A stretch of 64,000 nucleotides of DNA from Macrostomum lignano. Lineage: Eukaryota. Within the stretch, counting starts at the first letter, position 1; each line of letters starts with the position of its first letter. A program made the translations under genes and the position numbers. The stretch spans positions 1 to 64,000 of the forward strand of contig NIVC01003013.1 of assembly GCA_002269645.1 (NCBI GenBank). Direction: 5' to 3'. Below the pieces are notes generated by a model. The model worked only from the letters and a program-made list of their open reading frames with translations, had not been told where the DNA came from and did no database searches. Below, piece by piece: positions 13,095 through 56,328 of this stretch.

Positions 13095-13880
13095 TCTCCC
13101 TCTCCTCCCCCTTATCATTCTATCCCCTCTCCTTCTCTGATCCCTTATCTCTCTCTCCCTCTCCTTATTTCCCATCTCCTTCTCTCCCTCTCCCTGTCTC
13201 CCTCTCCTCTCCTCTCCTTCTCTCCCTCTCTTTCTCTTTCTCTCCCTCTCTCCCTCTCCCCTCCCCTCTCCTTCTCCCCTCTCCCTCTCTCTCTCCCTCT
13301 TCTCCTCTTCTTCTCTCCCTCTCCCTTATCTCTCTCTCCCTCTCCTTATTTCCCATCTCCTTCTCTCCCTCTCCCTGTCTCCCTCTCCTCTCCCTCTTCT
13401 TCTCTCCCTCTCCTTCTCGTCCTCTCCTTCTCTCCCTCTCCCTCTCTCCCTCTCCTCTCCCCTCTACTTCTCTCCCCTCTCCTTCTCTCCCCTCTCCTTC
13501 TCTCCCTCTCCTCTCCCCTCTACTTCTCTCCCCTCTCCTTCTCTCCCCTCTCCTTCTCTCCCTTCTCCTCGCCCCTCTCCTTCTCTCCCCTCTCCTTCTC
13601 GTCCTCTCCTTCTCTCCCTCTCCCTCTCTCCCTCTCCTCTCCCCTCTCCCTGTCTCCCCTCTCCTTCTCTCCCCTCTCCTTCTCTCCCCTCTCCTTCTCT
13701 CCCCTCTCCTTCTCTCACCCTTTCCTCTCCTCTCATTCACTCTCCCTCTCTTCTTTCCCTTCTTCATCCTCTCCCTCAGTCTGCTCCATCCATCTCTTCC
13801 GCTCCATCCCTCCGTTTTCTCTGCCCTCTCCTTCTCTCATCTCTCCTTTACTCTTCCCTATATCCATCCCTCCTCAAAGC
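13095..13880. repeat. CT-rich low-complexity tract
   Basis: TCTCCCC/CTCCTT degenerate units. Confidence 0.9.
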
Positions 13881-13924
13881 TGACCTCTCCTGTTCCAAAA
13901 AAGCAGAGCAAACCAGCGGCATAC

Positions 13925-14520
13925 CTGAGTCACTGCGGAACTCGTCCCTTCTCATTGAGCCGCGCACACAGCCTGAGCAAAGTAGAAGCAATGAAAACTC
14001 TTTCAACTAGTTTTGACTGTCTTTCTAAATTTTTCTCTTATTGAGCCTTTTTGTCTGCCTCTTTTTCTCTCTCCTAAACAATCTTCTCGGAATGCTTTTG
14101 AATACGAGCTAAAACTCTAGCAGCTTAAATAGCTTCGGCTGTTCGAGTCTTTGAAGTCGGGTCCTGTGTGTATAAATTGCGCAATTTCATCTGCGACCTA
14201 CCAAAAAGCAGCCAGAGTTGAGAATGAAAAATTCTAAGGTTGGTTGGCTTATTTAAAAGAAGCCAGTGGCTGTGCTTGCTCTTGGGCAGAGTTTACAAGC
14301 ATAAATTTTGATTCTCCACTAATCTCTACTAGTGAGCATCGACCAACCAGGAGAGAGGAGGGGTAAAGAAATATTGTAGCAGCTCAGTCACTGCCATAAC
14401 CAGGCATAATAAGGAATTTTAATGAGCCCCGTGCTCTCTCTACCGCAGTGAAGCTGCGCGAGTTTCAAGCTTTAGAAAAATACACTCAACTATTTCTTTT
14501 GCATGGATTTCCGATGTACA
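13925..14520 (-). pseudogene. Decayed coding-like segment of unknown family
   Basis: Protein-like reading interrupted by TAA/TAG/TGA where Q or R would fit; donor-like CAG|gtatgc at 13925. Confidence 0.3.
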
Positions 14521-14536
14521 GACTTTTACAGCGCCC

Positions 14537-14587
14537 GACAGACAGATAGACAGACAGACAGACAGACACTAAGACAGACAGACAAAA

Positions 14588-14652
<65 letters not shown>

Positions 14653-14655
14653 GTC

Positions 14656-14696
<41 letters not shown>

Positions 14697-14712
14697 GGCA
14701 GACAGACAGACT
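14537..14712. repeat. (GACA)n microsatellite
   Basis: Direct reading. Confidence 0.95.
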
Positions 14713-15574
14713 ACTAGTACTACTACTATAAAAAACCAAGAGAAGTAGTCTCAGGTTTGAGAGTCAATCTCCTGACTAATTAGGCAAAGCTTGGACGCTA
14801 AGTCAGTAAATATAAAACAATAACAGTATATTTAAATATGCATATAAATAGCATCTCGCCATCTAATTCACTGTTGAGTAGTGATTCGAATAGTCGTGTT
14901 ATTAGGCAAAAGAAAATTTCTAAAATTTAACAATTATCTTTTCAAATCTATTTTCAAGAATTTTAAGCGGTTATAAAAATATAAAAATATAAATAATCTT
15001 GGCAGTACAGAATGCACAACAAAGGCGATCTGCTGGTTGAACATGTTTCAGAAGTCAATTTCAAATCAGTAAATTTACTAAATATTATTTTAATTAAAAA
15101 AGATCGTGTTGAGGATTTCCCTACTAAAAATAGCGCGGGGAATACCAATAAAGTGATTAGACCGTAGTCACAAGAGTATTACATGTAGTATATAAATAAA
15201 TCATTAATAAGGCATCGTCGAGGAAGTCGTGTGTCAGACAGTGCTGCATCAAATTTAGGAATGTAGAAGAAGAAGAAATGAAACAAAAAAACCATCTTGA
15301 AACCAATGTACAACTTCAAGTATAATCCGGCCAATTAAACAACCTGAATACGTCAAACGGAGTTAAGAAATAGTAGGTACGAGTGCAAAGTAGAAAATAA
15401 GCGAATCTCTGCTGCATTTGCTTCTATGCACATGTTTAATCAAATAGACAATAAGTATAAGCAATAACAAATCACAGACAGACAAGATATGAATAACATC
15501 TTGCGCTTCACTTCACAGAAAAGAATTTATCTCTATTGTTTGAGTAGTTTAGTGATAAATCGCTGACAATAGAA

Positions 15575-15975
15575 TTCTTCCTGATCTAATTATAGCAACA
15601 CATGGGATTTACTAGCTGAGGGTTTCCTGATCTAATTATAGCAACAAATGGGATTTACCAGCTAAGGGTTTTCCTAATCTATTTATAGCAACACTCATGG
15701 GATTTTCTAGCTGAAGGTTTCCTTATCTAATTATAGCAGCACACATGGGATTTACCAGCTAAGGGTTTTCCTGATCTAATTATAGCAACAAATGGGATTT
15801 ACCAGCTAAGGGTTTTCCTAATCTATTTATAGCAACACTCATGGGATTTTCTAGCTGAAGGTTTCCTTATCTAATTATAGCAGAACACATGGGATTTACC
15901 AGCTAAGGGTTTTCTTGTTCTAATTACAACAACTGAGGGTTTCCCTGATCTATTTTTAACATCACACATGGAATT
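15575..15975. repeat. Degenerate ~45-bp tandem repeat (GATCTAATTATAGCAACA..TGGGATTTACCAGCTAAGGG)
   Basis: About eight diverged units. Confidence 0.85.
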
Positions 15976-16154
15976 TACCCATTTAGTTTTTCTGCTCCAG
16001 GTAATTGTGGCAACGCAAATGAGATTTACCATTAGAAGCGCTGCTCTCAATCGTTCAATAATCGTGTAACTACAGTTTATCCAAAATTTTAGATAAATAT
16101 AAACTAAAGAAACTGACGAGACGAAAAAATCGATTAGTGTGAAGATGATAAAGC

Positions 16155-36330
<20,176 letters not shown>

Positions 36331-37494
36331 GAGTTTTTGGGGCGGTCATGAAATTTAAAATTAGTGAGCATTAAATAGTTGACATTTAATGGACTATAAT
36401 TAATAATATTCAGAATTGGTGTTAACATTCAGAGTTCAATAAGTGTAATAATATATATTCATAAATTCTGCTTCAGTCACTAAAGCAGTATGTATTATAG
36501 TGAAAAGCTGTAATATAATGTAGTAATGTCATAACAAAGCCTTCCTTCGTTATTTTTTTGGCAAAATTAAAGCCAGAAAAATACAAATGTTTTCAGTAAA
36601 TCTAAGTGAAATATTTCAGCCCTTTGCGAGCTTTTATGAAAGTAACAAGGAATCCATGCTATTTTCAAACAAATTTAAGATGTTTACTTATATTGAAGCT
36701 TATATAATCGATAATCGCAGCTTACGAGTAATCCATAAGATGATATCAACTCAAAATCTAAACTTGCTCATAAACTGATCGGCTCAGTCTGTAATACGAG
36801 TGTACAACATTACACTAAAAGGCGTCTTTTTAGTCATTATTTCAAAATACTGAACTGTTTACTATACATATACATATACTCTCTGTTATATTTATATACT
36901 CGAAAGTACTGATTGATTTGACTAACAACTGATCTCACCTGAAATTTAACTGAAAAAGTAACTAAAATTGGTGATAGCAAAACAAATACACAAAGAAATG
37001 GCATCAAACTAGTTAAGCCTATAATTTTGTTATCAAAATGAAACCATTTGAAAGACGATTATATTAAAATTTTTTACTGCAATGCAATCAATAATATTAG
37101 ACCAAAATTTGAAGTGATCAGCACTGATCGTAATAAAGTAAACTATTGCGTGCGTTTTAAATTTTTATACTAAATGTTTACATGATTTTTATCATAGCAA
37201 CCATTATAACAAGTTGTTTATAGTTATGAAGTTATTAACGTTTTTCGTAAACTTTTTGTGTAACAGAAACAGTTTTAATATTTATTTATTTATTAAATAA
37301 ATTTCTAACGCTTATATTTTTATAACTTTTTTGTTTCTAGCTACTCGTTCCACAATTCGTCATCGTTTTTACTCAGGTTTTGTGCATCTTATAAAGTTTA
37401 CTTTTGAGCATCTTTTATTGTCACGCAAAAATATCTCCACACTAATCGCACCACATTATTATAGAAGTGTTCACTGTAATATTAAGCAATAAAA
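36331..37494. promoter_or_regulatory. Putative bidirectional promoter between the EVC2-like and EVC-like genes
   Basis: AT-rich, repeat-free ~1.16 kb between two divergent start codons. Confidence 0.6.
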
Positions 37495-48798
<11,304 letters not shown>

Positions 48799-49419
48799 TC
48801 TTGCTGAAGTGATCAATCATTTTGAGGTTGCGTAAATACATTGGGATGCTGGCCTAGCCACTGGGGATCTGGGAGGCTAGGATAGCAACTGAGGATCTGG
48901 GAGGCTAGGATAGCAACTGGGAATCTAGCACGGATGCAAAACATCAGTTGCACTACAATTTCAAGCAGAAATGAAACTTTGCTTCGCTTTAATTTCTGCA
49001 ACAATTTCAGACAGCTTCAAGTCGCAGCAGAAAAGATCAGGCAGCTCTCGACAGAACAGCCGAGGCAGATACGATGACGGAGACTTCGATTGATTTCGGT
49101 TATTTATTGCGTTAAAAAACTCCACTTCAAAAACAGTTTCCTTTATATTTGAGATTCTTTTATTCTTCTCTATAAGGAAAATTAAATATGTTCATATTAC
49201 ACTACTAGCGCTGTGGCATAGAAAGTAGACCCAACGAATATACGAGTTATTTTATCAACAGCTTTGGAAATGTCTTCACAACTTTATGATATTGTAAACT
49301 ATTTTTTGAAAAACTACACTTCAAGTTTTATCGATTTTCTAAATACAGCAGGGATTGAAAATTTATTCGTCAGACTTTGGTAACTTGTTCGCTTATTTTT
49401 CAATCGAATTTCCCTCTGC

Positions 49420-50080
49420 CCTATCTTCCCCATTGTTTCCCTCCCTCCCCTATCTTCCCCATTCTTTCCTTCCTCCCTCACCTTCCCCATTCTTTCCTTC
49501 CCTCCCCTACCTTCCCCATTCTTTCCTTCCCTCCCCTACCTTCCCCATTCTTTCCTTCCCTCCCCTACCTTCCCCATTCTTTCCTTCCCTCCCTCCCCTA
49601 CCTTCCCCATTCTTTCCTTCCCTCCCCTACCTTCCCCATTCTTTCCTTCCCTCCCTCCCCTACCTTCCCCATTCTTTCCTTCCCTCCCCTACCTTCCCCA
49701 TTCTTTCCTTCCCTCCCCTACCTTCCCCATTCTTTCCTTCCCTCCCCTACCTTCCCCATTCTTTCCTTCCCTCCCCTATCTTCCCCATTCTTTCCTTCCC
49801 TCCCCTACCTTCCCCATTCTTTCCTTCCCTCCCCTACCTTCCCCATTCTTTCCTTCCCTCCCCTACCTTCCCCATTCTTTCCTTCCCTCCCCTACCTTCC
49901 CCATTCTTTCCTTCCCTCCCCTACCTTCCCCATTCTTTCCTTCCCTCCCCTACCTTCCCCATTCTTTCCTTCCCTCCCCTACCTTCCCAATTCTTTCCTT
50001 ATCTCCCCCAATCTTTCCCATTACTTCCTTCCCTCCCTCCCTTATCTTCCCCATTGTCTTTTCCTCTCTCCCGTATCTTA
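49420..50080. repeat. 29-bp pyrimidine-rich minisatellite CCTTCCCTCCCCTACCTTCCCCATTCTTT
   Basis: Direct reading. Confidence 0.95.
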
Positions 50081-51621
50081 CTCATTCTTTGCTTATCTAA
50101 AATGTAAGATATAAAGAATATAATCTAAAATAAAAAAATATAACCTAAAATATAAAACATGTATACGCTTCTATGCGGTTTAAAAAATCGGCTCACCCAA
50201 TCAGAATCGACGTATTCCACTATAAAAAATAGGCTCAGCCAATCAGAATCGACGTGCTTCACTATAAAAAATTGGTTCAGCCAATCAGAATCGACGTTTT
50301 TCACTATAACAAATCGCGGGCCAGTTGGTTGCTTTTTAAACCGTTGATTTTTCCTGCATGCGATGATTGCCCTGAACTGCAAAATCTGGATTGAGAAGAC
50401 TGCGACATCTTACCCAACCAAGGGACATCAAGTTAGATGACACCATCCTTTTTTGAGGCAGAAATTCCGTATTCTAATACTATGAGTAGCTTGTTCTTCC
50501 TGCATCGGAATTACCAAGAATTCACCAGCTAAGAGCCTGAGAGAGTTTGCAGCCATACTTATAACAGAAATAACAAAGTTCTTAGAAAAACACACCATAG
50601 AAAAACATTTATAAAACAGAAGCCTGCACAAAAAGCATGAATTATATTGATTTTGTGCGATCGATGGATAGTTAATCATTAAATTTTAATGTATATAATT
50701 GTATATATATGTATATACTTAGTGCAAAATACATCATGGACAAAGATGTGCTACTTACAATTATTGTGATAAGTAGTATATATAGTTCTATTTTTCATTA
50801 ATAACGGAGAAATGATAGTCTACAGGGATTTAAAAAATTAGAAAAAAGCGCGCATGTAAGAGCCAACAGTCAAATTACAAAAATATGTTTATTAAAATTA
50901 GAATGATTGAATAACAGATTGATGGGAGACAGACAAGGAAGGGGGGAGCTCGCACCAATATTCAAACTGAATTTGCAGGAATTAATTTCCATACCGCATG
51001 GCATAGGAGGCTGGCTGGTCGAATTTCAAATTAATGAGAAAATAAATTTTACAAAACAAACTGAAGATACGCGACATGTACTACTGATACAGCTACAAAT
51101 CGAATCGGTCATCAGTAGTATGCATGCATATTAAAAAATGATGAATTATTTTCCAATCGTCACAGACTACTAAGAGAATACGATACGAGAGTAGTAAAGT
51201 TGGATGGAAACTATTATTATTATTTAAGGGCTCAAATGATTAAACTAGGTCAAACTTATGCACACATCAAACGATTCTTTAAAATTACAATAAAGTGAAT
51301 TAAGCTAATGATTTTTATGGCTTTTAAAATAGAGATCTTGTTTGTTTCTACATAGATATCGATTTCAATCTTAAACAGTAATGTTTCACTGGCATTAGAT
51401 TAACTCACTTACAGGAAATATTTTCACTTCCTGGCATGCATTTTCAAGATATGCAAAGCTAACAGATTGATCGAGAACTCGTTCGTAGGACAGAATGAAG
51501 AAGGCAGCGGGAATCTTGGATGGACAAGCAGTTCATATAAACACAACTTGTTAATTTAGTTTGATAATTTCAAGTTGGAGTTTTTTCAATTTTTTTTATT
51601 GTCCTTCGTCGAAAAAAAGGT

Positions 51622-51807
51622 CTACGCCGCAACTTCGCCGTTGGTTCGCTCGTCGGCGAAGGCGATCTCGCCCTCATTCTCTTCCCGATCAAGTGACGGG
51701 TTGCTGCGCAAAAAGTTGGCAATGTTACCGTAGGACAGGCTGTTGTTAGTTGAACGCTTATCAAAATCAGCGTCCAAGCCCATTCGGAAGGCGTTCACTA
51801 CTCGGAT
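51622..51807 (-). CDS. ATP2B (PMCA): PMCA alternative terminal exon C ([10 protein letters not shown]...GEVAA*)
   Basis: Phase-0 acceptor aaacag|ATC CGA GTA GTG AAC GCC TTC; canonical motif; AATAAA on the minus strand at 51595-51600. Confidence 0.9.
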   Translation of the reverse strand: MRVVNAFRMGLDADFDKRSTNNSLSYGNIANFLRSNPSLDREENEGEIAFADERTNGEVAA

Positions 51808-54800
51808 CTGTTTGTGAGTAGTATGAATAGAGTGTTGATTTAGACGTTTTGTTCTGTGTCAAGTTTAAAGTACAAAAATGGTTCATTTCTCTGACAACAT
51901 GCGAAATGGACTGCTTACACATTTGTTAACTTTTTGTGTAAAAAATTACACTTTAACAACAGATAGAATAGAATCTAGGAGGATCTGGTAGGAGGTTTTG
52001 CACTAGAACGTGGATGCACGCACAGTCTAAGGTGGAACTGGAACGGAGGCATACCAAACTGGCATATGGTGAGAATATTTATTTTTAAACAATTTTTTTT
52101 ACGAGTCAAAATCAGTTTACACAACAAACTTTCATTGAAGCATTTAGATTAAAACGCTTCATAGGATACAGTGTGGGTGTCTGTGTGTGTGTTATCAACG
52201 GGTCTTCACACTAAATTATCTACACATCGGCAGGTAATAATAATATTTCACTGTTGCTTTAGAACGACAAGTTGCAGTAGTGCCGCTGATCATTGCGATC
52301 ATTAAACAAACAAGCGAGGCGCGAAAAAACACACAAAAAAGCTGGCGTGACGACGAATGAACAATTTTTTTGTTTGTTTGCTTTCGCAAGCTGCGGTGCG
52401 GCAACAGTCTCCGTGTATGCAAGGGATTATTGCTTAATACCTGAAAATTTTGCCGCCTGCAGAAGACAATCGATAAGCAGAGGTTGTCAGGCGAATCGCG
52501 ACCAATTAGAACGACCGGATTGACTTCTTTGTGTTGTAGCGATTATTTTTAATTCTTTTTTAGTTTCATGGGGTCTCTTCTTTCTATTTGATGTGACGAC
52601 CAGCGTAGTGAAGAGTTGCTTTTTTGTTATTCAGCAATATGTTTCTTTTTGACAAACACAATACTATAAAACAGTTATTACAACATTGCATTTACTGTTT
52701 GAAGCCAACTAAAGCTAGATTTACAGTACTGTGGATGTCATACGTGTACACATAGTAATGTAACAGTATGTCATTTTTGCGTATTCTATTCAATAAGCCC
52801 GAATGGAGATTTGCAAGGACAAACAATTCAAAACCAGAAACAGATTTTTTGCTCGAGACTTGATTCATTTCTCATCATCTACTAATAGGGTAGAAAGAGA
52901 AGTATATGTAGCTGATGAGCTGAATTATAGTCTAAACTGGTTATTTTCTTTCCTGAGCAAATGTCTTTACATAAATACTCGTAGCTCAAGAGTTCCCTAA
53001 ATTCAAAGTTTTAGTTTGTTTTTAAGCGGACAAACTTGCGAAAGTTTTTCATGTGTCCGTTTAAGAAGAGAGTGTAATAAGAATTTTTTTTGCCCTAGAG
53101 ATTGGCGGTCAAGACTAGTTGACGAAGACGGTGAACCGGTTCTAACCTCAGTTTAACTGCTTCCTTTCGAATTAGCAACACCTTGCATAGTTCTCCATTC
53201 GGGCAAAAACCTGCTGCCCTCTGCTTTAATCTTCAGATTATTTATCATTCAAAGCCTGCGTCGAGGCGGACGGCGACGAAGAAGCTGTGGTTGTCATGGT
53301 AGCCGGACCAACAGGGCTATTCATAGCTCGACAAGCGACCAGAGGCATATTTTCTATCGGACGAAGACTCGATTGTTGAGATGACGAAGAGATTCCTTCA
53401 ATTAATTTATTGTTAGGAGAATCCGCATTCTCTACAGCTGGTATACACGAACTGGCTGGTCCATAGAAAGCTTTGGGATGCGTGTTGGAGCGCTGGCTGG
53501 GATTCGTCAGACGGCGTCTGCGCAGTTCAATGATTAACTCCTGCTGCTGGTCATCGAGTCCGTCTACGGTGCTCTTGAAGGCGCGGACTACGCGCAGCTG
53601 GATGGATACGTTTGTTTGAGATTTGTCTGTCTGTTTTCTTGTATTTTAAAAAATCAAAATCATGCTTGAAATGTCTGTGTGATCCATGAGATTTCATGTA
53701 CTCATTAATCTGAGTATGTGATCCATGAGATTTCATGTACTCATGAATCTTAGTATGATCCATGAGATTTTATGCACTCAAATCTGAGTATATGATCCAT
53801 GAGATTTTATACACTCAAATCTGAGTATGTGATCCATGAGATTTTATGTACTCAGAAATCTGAGTATATAATCCATGAGATTCCATGTACTCATAAATCT
53901 CAGTATGATCCATGAGATTTCATGTACTCATAAATATCAGTATGATCAATGAGATTTCATGTACTCATAAATCTGAGTATATGATCCATGAGATTTCATG
54001 TACTCATAAATCTGAGTATATGATCCATGAGATTTCATGTACTCATAAATCTGAGTATATGATCCATGAGATTTCATGTACTCATAAATCTGAGTATGTG
54101 ATCCATGAGATTTCATGTACTCATAAATCTGAGTATATGATCCATGAGATTTCATGTACTCATAAATCTGAGTATGTGATCCATGAGATTTCATGTACTC
54201 ATAAATCTGAGTATGATTATAAAAAGTAAAGAGTTGTGAATTCTGGTTAAAGTCCGTAAAAGACAAGTTTAAAACTTCACATCCGTATTGACTTCGCATG
54301 CACTCACATCTTTGATTGAATTCTAAACAGAAAAAAAAACGTATTAGAAACGGTAAAATATTGAAACATCCAGTTCAGTCAATGCAGAATATTTCTTATC
54401 AATTTTTATCAAAGCAATTTCATCTAGAACAGTATTTAAACTACTGTATCAGTAACTAGGCTGCTACCTAGATCGCATTCTGATTCTGAACAAGATTCAC
54501 ATGTCAGTGCACCAGAAGAACCATTGTACAACAACATCGTAATAAACAACTCTAATTTTACTATCAATAAACACTTCTACTATTAGTAATATTATTAGTA
54601 TTCGATTTCTGTGACAACCTTAAATATTTTTAACTATTTTATGGTTGACTGTTTAACCTTTTAATTAGTAAAACAAATATTTTCACGGCAGGTAGCGGGG
54701 AGGTGGGGACGCAAGCTTTACTGACTACTGCCATTCCAAATGCCAAACGTGTAGCTATTAATAAGTCTTGCATACTCAAAATATACTACTCAATTAGTAG

Positions 54801-56030
54801 TAAGTACTTACTGTTTGCATCTGCAGTGAAGAAAGTTAGCAAATTAAAGAAATAATATTTAATATAAACAACAAAATAAAATTTAAACAAATTAAGTAAA
54901 CAAAAACTGACTAAAGTGCTTTCATTAGAGGAAAACTGAGATTGCTTGTTAGGAAATCTTTTAACAAACAAATTTAATGCCTTAATCGATTCAATTATTA
55001 GTTTCTGTCTTTTTAAAAAGTTACTTTTGACTTTAACTAAAGGTCTGTTTAAACAAACACGGGAATATGCGGGAGAATTATTTTGCAGCGTATATATTGG
55101 TACAGTTTGCATAAACAGCCGATATGTAGCGAAAAAAACTTTCAACGCTACGAAATGAAATACAGAAAAAAAATAATTGTGCGTTTGGGGTTTAAGTAAA
55201 ATATACCAGTAGACATGAAAAATACAATTGACTAATCAACAATGAAGTGAAAAATTTTTGTCATTATTATATAAAAACGGTTGCGCGAAAAAAAACTAAA
55301 AAAGCACTAATACTAAATATACTACTGCTAAGACTGACCAGTAACACGATGTAAAAATTAAATATTGTTTGTTTATACACACACATATATATATTAGATG
55401 TCACAAGATTTATATTACGGCAAAATAGACAGACACAAGATTTGGATGGAATCAACCCTCAACCCGAAGACTCTTGATCAACAAAGAAACAAATTTAAAA
55501 AGCAACTTTGAGCTGAAATAGAGGGACAAAATTAAAACAATAATATGCACAGTTTATAACAAAAAAAATTAACCTCAAGGTTATTAGGCGCAAAATTTGC
55601 AAAAAAAACCTTAAAAAGCATGAAGGCTTGAAGCACTAGAAATGTATTCAACACAGGGCATAAAAAATAAACTGAACAGAAAAAAACCATTTTAAAGCAT
55701 ACAATTTTTGTTCCTTTGAGGTATTGAAAATTGCGTGAGATAAAAGACTCGACAAGTTACTGCGCCGTTAATTTAAGCGGATTAGAGAATGGAAGATTAG
55801 CATAGACTGTGCGAGATCTCAGATACACAGAACAGACAGACAGACAGACAGATAGACAGACAGACAGACAGACAGATAGACAGACAGACAGACAGACAGA
55901 CGGACAGACAGACACACAGACAGACAGACAGACAGACAGATAGACAGACAGACAGACAGATAGACAGACGGACAGACAGACACACAGACGGACAGACAGA
56001 CACACAGACAGACAGACAGACAGACAGACG

Positions 56031-56069
<39 letters not shown>

Positions 56070-56110
56070 GGACGGACAGACAGACACACAGACAGACAGA
56101 CAGACAGACG

Positions 56111-56206
<96 letters not shown>

Positions 56207-56209
56207 CTA

Positions 56210-56280
<71 letters not shown>

Positions 56281-56295
56281 GAGAGACGGGCAGGC

Positions 56296-56328
<33 letters not shown>

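Noticed and set aside
13925-14198. Possible ciliate-code (TAA/TAG=Gln) ORF or contamination
   Set aside because: In-frame TGA stops also occur and the segment is embedded in host-type repeats; C>T decay is simpler.
36331-37494. RFX X-box in the EVC2/EVC promoter (TTTATCATAGCAAC ~37187)
   Set aside because: Only a half-site matches; too weak to call.
52216-52460. Fourth PMCA terminal exon candidate (ORF 52216-52422)
   Set aside because: No CaM half-site similarity and low-complexity T-rich composition; more likely 3' UTR of exon B.
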